32,000 nt of DNA from Candidatus Thorarchaeota archaeon. Lineage in GTDB: Archaea > Asgardarchaeota > Thorarchaeia > Thorarchaeales > Thorarchaeaceae. The DNA lies in assembly GCA_038893995.1 (NCBI GenBank), contig JAWAQK010000016.1, positions 231 to 32,230 on the forward strand, written 5' to 3'. The translations under genes were made by a program, and so were the position numbers. Below, one piece after another: positions 1 to 7,645 of the stretch (within the stretch, counting starts at the first letter, position 1; the number at the start of each line of letters is the position of its first letter). The notes beneath the pieces were generated by a model, which worked only from the letters and a program-made list of their open reading frames with translations, did not search any database and was not told where the DNA came from.

Positions 1-21
1 TCGCAGGGCAGAAGCTCGGAT

Positions 22-594
22 TCAGCAAGGTGGTTGAAAATGTCTAAGACATCGCTGGAACACATCGTTAACAGATACACCGAGTTCTTCGAGTCCCCCG
101 GAGACAGGATGGAGTTCGAGAAGGTTGTTGAGGTCGGTGTCACCCCACGCAACAGCCAATACATCAGACCTGATTATGCTGTCTCCAGAGTCCCAGACCT
201 TGTCGAACATGTTCGTCTCGACGTTTAGACGCCAGATGTGGATCTCATTGTCATACAGGTACCCCCCGGCAAGTGCGAGGAACCCTGTCGGTTCGTGGTA
301 GGCCACTGCATGGATGGCAGCCTTTGTCTTCCACGGCTCGAAGATGGTGGTGTAGAGGTTCGGCCTGTCCTGGAGGATGGGGCCCAGGTCCAGATCACTC
401 CGTATGGGGGGATCCAGGTCTGAGAGAGACCTCAAGACCTCATTCGGGAAGTCGTCCCTGTCAGCATCCATGGGCTCTGTGAGTATCTTCTGGTCCTGCA
501 AGTCTGCCGCAAGACTCGGTACGGCCGGGACCATGAACATTCCCACTAGCAACACAACCATATAGACCAGAGTTGTCGTCCGAATCGGTTTCAT
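22..594 (-). CDS. Secreted hypothetical protein (190 aa), operon partner of the giant surface protein
   Basis: Complete ORF. The N-terminus MKPIRTTTLVYMVVLLVGMFMVPAVPSLAA looks like a signal peptide. The ATG lies 4 nt after the stop of the upstream giant gene. A GGAGGT SD is embedded in the last codons of that gene (aag gag gta gaa gga ggt tag aacg ATG). The segment VLAVAWGDTDLNNLLEL weakly resembles an FG-GAP/beta-propeller blade, which is low-confidence. Confidence 0.6.
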   Translation of the reverse strand: MKPIRTTTLVYMVVLLVGMFMVPAVPSLAADLQDQKILTEPMDADRDDFPNEVLRSLSDLDPPIRSDLDLGPILQDRPNLYTTIFEPWKTKAAIHAVAYHEPTGFLALAGGYLYDNEIHIWRLNVETNMFDKVWDSGDSIIRSDVLAVAWGDTDLNNLLELHPVSGGLEELGVSVNDVFQRCLRHFQPPC

Positions 595-598
595 CGTT

Positions 599-3500
599 CT
601 AACCTCCTTCTACCTCCTTCTTTGGGGATGGGCCGGCCGTCCCTTTCCGACGAGTCCCACTGCCCTTTTCTGAAGTAGATGTTGCCCCACGTTTCTCCTT
701 CCGTGACTCTGTACCGGTCACCCTACGGCGTAGTCGGCTCCAGGTGCCTGTCCTATAGCCAAGATAGCTCACTAAGACCACACCCAACACCGATGCAGCA
801 ACACCGGCTGTGAGTGCCCACGGGAAGGGTGTCTCGCCACGCAGCACTGTGAAGCGGACCACTGAGGCTGACACGACACCTGTGTAGTTCCTTGCGAAGA
901 CCTGCACGGTGAGGTCACCAGGGCTCCATCTGTGACCGATACTGAGGAACATGCCCGTTGCACTGTTGTACTGAGTCGTGAAGTTCTCACTCCAGCCACT
1001 TCCATTGTTGTACCTGAACCAGACCTCCTGGAAGGGAGTGAAGTTTGCCACAGCAAGCTGTTGGTCCTGGTAGACCACTGCCCCCTCCTTTGGTAGCATG
1101 ATCTTCATGGTGCTCTGGCCACGAGCAACGGCCAGGTGGAGGTTGAAATCAGCACCCGAGGTGTATTCCAGCGGGTTGAGACCCAGTGCGATCTCGAGCC
1201 CGTCCGGATATCCGTCACCGTCCGTGTCTCCCTTCTTAGGATCGGTGCCGTAGATGTAGTACTCGTCACCGTCCAGAAGTCCATCCAGGTCGCTGTCAGG
1301 GTTGAAGATGCCCCCGCCGGGGACCCCCTGGAGTCCTATCATGAACTCGATTCCGTCAGGCAGGCCATCGTAGTCTGTATCGAACTCGAAGGTGTCTGGG
1401 ATCCCGTCGCCATCCGAGTCGATATCGAGTGGGTTCGTATGATGGAGCAGTATCTCCGCTCCGTCTGGCAACCAATCATCGTCACAGTCTGAATCTGTTG
1501 CCAGTGTGGCGTACTTGGCCTGGGCTGGTCGATGCGCACCTGGCGGCAGCCCAAGAGTGGCAGCCACTGACGGCGATTGCAGAGACGCTGGCTCAATACT
1601 ACTTGGAAGACCAACAGACCAATTGGTCGGTGGCCAGGGTCCGTAGGGATAGACTTCCTCCACCGACTCTTCCCAGTCATAGAGCCCGTCCCCATCGGTA
1701 TCAGCATGAAGAGCCGATGTGTTATATACCCAGACCTCCCACCAGTCAGATATAGTGTCGTTATCAGTGTCGTTGCTCCTCGGGTTCGTGTTGAAGACTA
1801 CCACTTCCTGGTAGTCGATCAGGAGGTCATCATCCGAGTCGGCGTCCACCGGTGACGTGTTGAAACGATACAGGATTGTTATCGCCCGATAGGGGTAGAT
1901 CAGCCCCGATACATTCTCCAGTATCAGCTCAGAACCGTCCTTCAGCAGGTCGTCGTCAGTGTCACTATCGTTGGGGTCAAGTGGTAGCGGCGTCAACCAT
2001 GGGGGTGTCGGGTACGGGCTGGAAACATAGTATCGGGTCCAGCCTCCCAGATATAGTTCAATCGAATCATCGAGCCCATCCATGTCCGAGTCGGGCATTG
2101 TGGGCGTCGTGTTCCAGGTGATGACCTCGTCATAGTCGGACATGGGCCAGGTCATCTCGCCAAGACCGTTGGGCTCTACGATAGAGTCTCGGTCCGTATC
2201 CCATGACAGGGGATCAGTATGCCAGACCTTCACCTCAGCCCCATCGCTGAGACCATCGCTGTCAGTGTCGTAGACGAAGGGATCGGTGTAGTACACCATG
2301 ACTTCCTCGAAGTCCGTCAATCCATCGTTGTCCGAGTCTTCATCCATTGGATCGCTACCGACCACCAGGACCTCATAGCCGTCGGACAGGCCATCACCAT
2401 CGCTGTCGTCCGAGAATGGGTTGGTATGCCAGAAGAACAACTCTTCACCATCACTGAGACCGTCAAAGTCGGTGTCTGGTATCGCGGGATTTGTACCGTA
2501 GAGATAGAACTCATCACCATCGGAGACCATGTCAAGGTCAGTGTCTGGGGAGAGTGGGTCAGTGTTGAGTAGAATATCGAGCATGTCAGGCAGACCGTCG
2601 TCGTCGGTGTCCGCGTCGCGATAGAATGTGTGCATGCTGTCCTGCCTCAAGACCCCCTCGAGACCATCAATCAACCCGTCACTGTCGGTGTCTCCATTGG
2701 TCGGATCGCTCGGTGGATCAAGGTGCAGCTCGTATCCGTCGCTGTTCAACCACGCCCCTGCAGGAGGATTCTCTCGCTGCTCTGGAGTGACTCCCGTGTC
2801 ACCATCGGTGTCAGGGTTACAGGGGTTGGTATACACGTGCTTGAGATAGGGCTCACCCTCGTCGTCATAGAGAATGACGTCGAACCCCCTGACCTCTGCA
2901 CCATCGTTCATTGGATACTCCTGCGACAGCAACTCTCTGGGACCGACCTTGGTCATGAGCATCCTGTCAATGTCGCCGTTGTAGAACTGCAGGTAGGAGT
3001 CATCGTCAGTGTCAGCGTCGAGCGGATGAGTGTAACCATGATTGAATATCAGAGGAGCCGGGTCAAAGCCCGAACCTGCCGTGTCGTTGTACAGCTTGTC
3101 GAGCCCATAGTAGGGGCCCATCGGACCCTCTTGTCCGTCGAGAAGAGTATCACCATCAGTGTCAGGATTGAGTGGGTCGGTGTGGTCTGTATAGCGCACG
3201 CCGCCAATTGTGACGTATGTCACAGTCGGAGTTACGCCCGTCAAGTCCCACCGGGTGTAGACCTCATATGAGTCGCTGAGTCCGTCACCATCCGTGTCAC
3301 GTGAAAGGGGGTCGGTGAGGTAGACGTGGACCTCGTTGTAATCGGACAGATCGTCCCAGTCGCTGTCCTCCCACATCGGGTTGGTGCTCAGCTCCCACTC
3401 CTCACCATCGAGAAGACCATCACCGTCACAGTCCGGATTCGTGGGAGCAGTGCCCATCGTGAGCACCTCAAGCTTGTCGTTCGCACCGTCCCCGTCTGTA

Positions 3501-6500
3501 TCTGGGTTCAGCGGGTCCAATCCCGGAATTGCCTTCTCGTACTCATCACTCAGGCCGTCGTCATCGGAGTCGAGGCCCATGCCTGATTCCTGGTACTCGG
3601 CCTCCCCCTTCTTTGGACTCAGGTCCCATGGACCTCCCGGTTCCCAGGTCCAGGTCGCAGTGTCATCGAAGAATAGGAACCTGAACTTGACCTTCAGTGT
3701 AAAGATCAACCTGAGTGTGATCTTCATGGGATCGCTCGAGGCGAAGTCCTGGAAGAAGGTCAGGATTATCTCGAGAGACCCATCAATTATGATCGCTACT
3801 ATGAGCAAGTCAATCGGTATGTGAATTGAGATGCCAAATGTTATGGTCAGTGTCAGCGTCGAAACCTCTGGTGCTATGGCAGAGGCCGCCTTCTTCACTA
3901 TGTCCAGGGCGATGGCAAAGTAGATGGTGATCTTGATCATGTCCAGTCCAAGAAACTCTGCAACAGCAGAGAGAGCACCGCCTCCTAGTCCAAAGGTGAA
4001 GAAGTCTGCCAGGGTGAATACCTTACCAAGAGTGATCTTGATGTGGAGTCCCCACTCTACCACCTTCATGAAGTTCTCCCACTCGAAGACGCCACCCCTG
4101 AACGTGAACAGGTTCAAGACGAAATGCGCGCTCCCCTCAAATGCCAGCTCCAGACCCAGGGACTTCAGCATTGCACCCATGACTGCGTTCTTTGAGGAGT
4201 CGAACCCAGACACGCCAAGCTCAGCAAAGAACTGCGGGGTGATCTCGAAGAAGGAGAAGATGAGCCTCAGGAAATCACCGACACTGGATATCGAGAACAC
4301 GCTACGAGCGTCGAAGATGGCACTGGCAATGAGGTCGAACATCGGCGACAGGTCAATGTTGAAGCCAAGACGCAACCCGAGTGCGATTGTCAGGTCGAAC
4401 AGTGACCACTGACCCAGTCCAACAGGAATCTTGGTACTGTACCCAAGAAGGTCAGTTATGCCTGAGAACAGGGACATTATCATGTCCTCGAGCTCTGAGA
4501 AGAGGGGCCCAAGCATCCCGTTGAGCCAATCGAATATCATCCCCAGCAGCCACTTGACTCCACCCGTGAAGATGTCCTTGATGTTCATGAAGAAGCTGAG
4601 CATCTCCGTCAGGATGGTCACGTCTATCTCTCCGCTCAGGTGGCCCGCTGCAAGTGAGATGATCCGGTTGATCACCTCTGTCTTGCTGGGGAGGTCCTGT
4701 GGGTCGATACCAAAGGCGGTGGGGAAGAACGTCTGAAGCAGTTCGAGCAGAGCATCTATCGGGACATCTTCAAACGATGGGTGTGTTCCCAGCAGAGATC
4801 CCGCCGAGAGTAGCAGGGACTGCATTATGCCCGCAAATGACTGACCCTTGGCAAGTCGCACCAGGCTTACAGCACCAGCAGCTATCTCTGCGGTCTTTGC
4901 AATGATCTCCTGTACCTGTGGGGAACTTGGGATAGAATGCTCAAGGTCCATGTACAGAAGGGCATTCTTGACCATGTTGGGGAGAGAACCCAGCTGTGTC
5001 TCGAACCTACTCACCGTCTTTGCAATGAGACACTTCAGGCTGTCTGACTCAGTGATCGAGGCGACTATTCCGAGCACTGGGCGGACAACATTGTTCATGG
5101 CGTTGATGAACTCGGTCTCCTGTGCCAGCTGATATCCCATCTGGGTAGGTGGTAGATTCAATGCCTGTATGATCGCTGTCGCGAGTTCGAATATGTCGGG
5201 CAACTGATTCTTGTCAAAGCCCTCGTTGTAGAATCCTGAGATGAGAGTGATTGCATCACGAATGAGCGTGCGGGTGCTGGTGGGAACAGTACTTGAAACT
5301 GCACTGTCGATGATTGCCATGATCTCTGACTTGAACGCGGCAAGATCTGTGAGCCCGTTCTCCATGTATGTCTTTACTACACCCAGGAGCTCCCGGGCAA
5401 AGGCCTCTGACGACTTCACCAGGCCCGTAGGAGCAAATGTCGTCACAAGGTCACTGACAAGCTGTACCATGCTTGCGGCATCGTACTGATCCACAAGGCT
5501 CACTGCCGTCATGGCCATCTTGACCACTGCCATGATCTTGTCAATTGCTGGTTGTAGGCCCGTCAGCGGCAGCAGAGAACTGAGTAGATCATTACCGACC
5601 TCTGTCAAGAATCTTGCATAGTCTCGAGTAGTCAGGAAGTTCACAGTGGCAGTAACGAATTTGGTGATTCGGTCCACCAGTTGAGGACTGACAACACCGA
5701 TCTTGTCTGCAAGGACTGTCTGAATGACCCTTGTGAGGCTGTTCTTCGTTATGAAACCAAAGATGAGATCGTAGACACCCTTTCCTTCAGACATGGCCTG
5801 GGAGATCATGTCCCACAGTTCGGTCCCAATACCTATGAGGTCAGTCAGGAATGTCTTGACTGACTCAGGTACGATCTCCGGAAGCAGTGCGATCACTATC
5901 TCTGTGACTACCTCGAGTATGCTACTCAGGTCGCCCCTGAGATTGAACAGGGCCTTGAGCAAGATCTCGAGATAGGGCTTGTATTCAGCAATGAATGGAA
6001 ACTGATCCGAGAGAGCAAGAACGACCGCCTTGAGAGCGGAATCCGAATCAAAGTCATTCACGAGGCCGAGGAACGGTCGGATCACCTCGAATGCCTCGAC
6101 TATCGAATCAACAATGTCGCTTGGGATGGCCAGTGTCGTCTTTCCTTCGTCAATGAGGACGTCAAGTAGTATGTCAATTATGTCTCCGATGGGCCCATTC
6201 AGGCCTGACAACAGAGGAATCTCCCCAAGTACGTAGTCATCCGCAGTCAGTTCCGCCGGAGACACCAGCTTGATACCAGGTTCAAAGTCAGCTGGAAGTG
6301 AGTCGATGGGGACCTCCTGTAGAGAGTCGCCAACCAACCTGTAGGCTGCGGGTCTGATGGTCGGGGCGTGACGTTCCCACATCTCCCTGGTCCGCTCCTC
6401 GAGGGCGACTGGATCGACCTCACCGACTGGGTCTACGGGCTCTAGCGTGCGATACAGGAATTCCCTCAGATTGTCACAGTAGAGTTTGAGTGCCATGGCC

Positions 6501-7105
6501 CGGATGTCCTTTCCTGCCCTATCATATACAGGATCGGAACCGGCCCGCGTGTCGATTATGTCCGCCGTTGTCCACACGTCGTAGAGGATGAGCAGTAGAC
6601 CATCGGTCTGTTCAGACTCCGCGTGCCAAATATTGAGGTCTCGTGTGGAGAGGTACTTCTGGAGAGACAGGGTATTCCCGGTCCCCACAACATGCTGAGT
6701 CGCGCTGTACTCCCTGATGGTCAGGTAGAAGTCCATCCAGCTCATCTTTCTGTCAGAGAACTGGATGCCCTGGACATCGGACCTCAGCGCATAGATGGCT
6801 ATCCACGGCGCATCGACCAGGAAAGCCTCGAGATCTCCGCTGGACCTCACCGGATGGGTACTCACACCACCAAGCCGATAGGAGAGTATCTCTCTCACTG
6901 CTTCGGCAACCGAGACGAGAATGTCATCGTTCGGATCGAACAGAATGTATATCTCATCAAGCTCATAGGGGGGTGAGGGCACCGGTAGCAGAGTGTCATC
7001 CGGGAGCATCTGTGCAGCCATGACTGATGGCGTCACTAGCCCCATCAACATGGAAAACACAATAAGAGATGAGATTAGTCGCGTTTTGCTCTTAACATTA
7101 CTCAA
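599..7105 (-). CDS. Giant (2168 aa) type-I membrane-anchored surface protein with TSP3-like calcium-binding repeats
   Basis: Uninterrupted 6.5 kb ORF with a TTG start at 7105. That start yields a canonical signal peptide (MSNVKSKTRLISSLIVFSMLMGLVTPSVMAA). The protein has 26 D[ST]DxD[GDTSLM] motifs, a beta-rich Ig-like segment, one C-terminal TM helix and a 51-aa K/R/S/T/G-rich tail. A GGAGG lies 13 nt upstream of the TTG. Confidence 0.9.
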   Translation of the reverse strand: MSNVKSKTRLISSLIVFSMLMGLVTPSVMAAQMLPDDTLLPVPSPPYELDEIYILFDPNDDILVSVAEAVREILSYRLGGVSTHPVRSSGDLEAFLVDAPWIAIYALRSDVQGIQFSDRKMSWMDFYLTIREYSATQHVVGTGNTLSLQKYLSTRDLNIWHAESEQTDGLLLILYDVWTTADIIDTRAGSDPVYDRAGKDIRAMALKLYCDNLREFLYRTLEPVDPVGEVDPVALEERTREMWERHAPTIRPAAYRLVGDSLQEVPIDSLPADFEPGIKLVSPAELTADDYVLGEIPLLSGLNGPIGDIIDILLDVLIDEGKTTLAIPSDIVDSIVEAFEVIRPFLGLVNDFDSDSALKAVVLALSDQFPFIAEYKPYLEILLKALFNLRGDLSSILEVVTEIVIALLPEIVPESVKTFLTDLIGIGTELWDMISQAMSEGKGVYDLIFGFITKNSLTRVIQTVLADKIGVVSPQLVDRITKFVTATVNFLTTRDYARFLTEVGNDLLSSLLPLTGLQPAIDKIMAVVKMAMTAVSLVDQYDAASMVQLVSDLVTTFAPTGLVKSSEAFARELLGVVKTYMENGLTDLAAFKSEIMAIIDSAVSSTVPTSTRTLIRDAITLISGFYNEGFDKNQLPDIFELATAIIQALNLPPTQMGYQLAQETEFINAMNNVVRPVLGIVASITESDSLKCLIAKTVSRFETQLGSLPNMVKNALLYMDLEHSIPSSPQVQEIIAKTAEIAAGAVSLVRLAKGQSFAGIMQSLLLSAGSLLGTHPSFEDVPIDALLELLQTFFPTAFGIDPQDLPSKTEVINRIISLAAGHLSGEIDVTILTEMLSFFMNIKDIFTGGVKWLLGMIFDWLNGMLGPLFSELEDMIMSLFSGITDLLGYSTKIPVGLGQWSLFDLTIALGLRLGFNIDLSPMFDLIASAIFDARSVFSISSVGDFLRLIFSFFEITPQFFAELGVSGFDSSKNAVMGAMLKSLGLELAFEGSAHFVLNLFTFRGGVFEWENFMKVVEWGLHIKITLGKVFTLADFFTFGLGGGALSAVAEFLGLDMIKITIYFAIALDIVKKAASAIAPEVSTLTLTITFGISIHIPIDLLIVAIIIDGSLEIILTFFQDFASSDPMKITLRLIFTLKVKFRFLFFDDTATWTWEPGGPWDLSPKKGEAEYQESGMGLDSDDDGLSDEYEKAIPGLDPLNPDTDGDGANDKLEVLTMGTAPTNPDCDGDGLLDGEEWELSTNPMWEDSDWDDLSDYNEVHVYLTDPLSRDTDGDGLSDSYEVYTRWDLTGVTPTVTYVTIGGVRYTDHTDPLNPDTDGDTLLDGQEGPMGPYYGLDKLYNDTAGSGFDPAPLIFNHGYTHPLDADTDDDSYLQFYNGDIDRMLMTKVGPRELLSQEYPMNDGAEVRGFDVILYDDEGEPYLKHVYTNPCNPDTDGDTGVTPEQRENPPAGAWLNSDGYELHLDPPSDPTNGDTDSDGLIDGLEGVLRQDSMHTFYRDADTDDDGLPDMLDILLNTDPLSPDTDLDMVSDGDEFYLYGTNPAIPDTDFDGLSDGEELFFWHTNPFSDDSDGDGLSDGYEVLVVGSDPMDEDSDNDGLTDFEEVMVYYTDPFVYDTDSDGLSDGAEVKVWHTDPLSWDTDRDSIVEPNGLGEMTWPMSDYDEVITWNTTPTMPDSDMDGLDDSIELYLGGWTRYYVSSPYPTPPWLTPLPLDPNDSDTDDDLLKDGSELILENVSGLIYPYRAITILYRFNTSPVDADSDDDLLIDYQEVVVFNTNPRSNDTDNDTISDWWEVWVYNTSALHADTDGDGLYDWEESVEEVYPYGPWPPTNWSVGLPSSIEPASLQSPSVAATLGLPPGAHRPAQAKYATLATDSDCDDDWLPDGAEILLHHTNPLDIDSDGDGIPDTFEFDTDYDGLPDGIEFMIGLQGVPGGGIFNPDSDLDGLLDGDEYYIYGTDPKKGDTDGDGYPDGLEIALGLNPLEYTSGADFNLHLAVARGQSTMKIMLPKEGAVVYQDQQLAVANFTPFQEVWFRYNNGSGWSENFTTQYNSATGMFLSIGHRWSPGDLTVQVFARNYTGVVSASVVRFTVLRGETPFPWALTAGVAASVLGVVLVSYLGYRTGTWSRLRRRVTGTESRKEKRGATSTSEKGSGTRRKGTAGPSPKKEVEGG
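602..820 (-). other. C-terminal TM anchor (755-820) plus 51-aa basic cytoplasmic tail (602-754) of the giant protein
   Basis: The translation reads WALTAGVAASVLGVVLVSYLGY followed by RTGTWSRLRRRVTGTESRKEKRGATSTSEKGSGTRRKGTAGPSPKKEVEGG. Confidence 0.7.
1193..3571 (-). repeat. Array of about 26 thrombospondin-type-3-like repeats (protein level) inside the giant CDS
   Basis: Recurring motif [TN][DN]P...D[ST]DxDG[LI]xDxxE. Examples are NPLNPDTDGDGANDKLE, DDSDGDGLSDGYE, DEDSDNDGLTDFEE, YDTDSDGLSDGAE and GDTDGDGYPDGLE. The repeats are diverged at DNA level and are not identical tandem copies. Confidence 0.8.
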
Positions 7106-7260
7106 TTCTGGTGAGGAGCCTCCTGCGCGGCCTGAAGGAATGTGACAATGAATGGGTCAGCTGAAGAAACCAAGGCACTGGTGGCGCGGCCTGGGTCTTC
7201 TCATGTCGAGTAGTCGCTCCTTCTCAGGCAACCGTACGGAGCGGCAGTTTCGGACGGACG

Positions 7261-7274
7261 CTTATTAAGATTTT
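7261..7274. promoter_or_regulatory. Candidate bidirectional TATA-like element (CTTATTAAGATTTT)
   Basis: This is the only AT-rich element in the 540-nt GC-rich divergent spacer between the giant gene (start 7105, minus) and the kinase gene (start 7646, plus). Its core CTTATTAAG is nearly its own reverse complement. Either orientation implies a long 5' leader, about 130 nt or about 350 nt. Confidence 0.3.
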
Positions 7275-7645
7275 GAGGGTCGAGGATACCAGACCTGTCA
7301 CAGAGTCGGGGAGCTCCAGTCGGTCTGATGCGTGTTCGCATCCTCTGATGCGGGGGGATCAGCCCCGGTCACAGGGGGTGCAGGACCTGCAGACCAGCGA
7401 CATGCGATGACAGCCGGGTCCAGACATATCGACATGATACTCAGGGCGTAGACATCTGTCAGACGACGACTGCTCAGGTGTTGGTCAGTCCGATCACTGG
7501 GGTTGACTCGGGCGTCCGTCAGAGAGCGGAATACCACCTTGCCCCTGTCAGATCGTCGGGAGTTCTTGGCCGAAGTCCCGGTCAGGGGACGAGTACAGTC
7601 ATCCTAATATCGTCGTCTTGGGTAACTTGGACTGAGGAAACAGGC

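Noticed and set aside
602-835. PGF-CTERM/archaeosortase-type sorting signal at the C-terminus of the giant protein (PFPWALTAG...)
   Set aside because: PGF-CTERM signals end within a few basic residues after the TM helix. Here a 51-aa tail follows and the PGF tripeptide is absent, so I describe it only as a TM anchor plus cytoplasmic tail.
1193-3571. DNA-level tandem repeat or CRISPR-like periodicity in the TSP3 region
   Set aside because: The periodicity exists only at protein-motif level. Repeat units differ in length and nucleotide sequence, and there are no identical direct repeats with unique spacers.
1136-6976. Numerous long plus-strand ORFs (60-213 aa, for example 2630-3271 and 3924-4412) inside the giant-gene region
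   Set aside because: They are antisense shadow ORFs of the 6.5 kb minus-strand CDS. Their translations are low-complexity (V/S/R/P-rich) with no starts backed by SD or TATA. The GAC/GTC-rich repeat codons keep the opposite strand open.
7478-7645. 56-codon N-terminal extension of the kinase ORF
   Set aside because: The extension is S/G/R/V-rich with no kinase homology. FGGY kinases begin a few residues before the DxGT(S/T) motif. The ATG at 7646 has an SD-like GAGGAA upstream.
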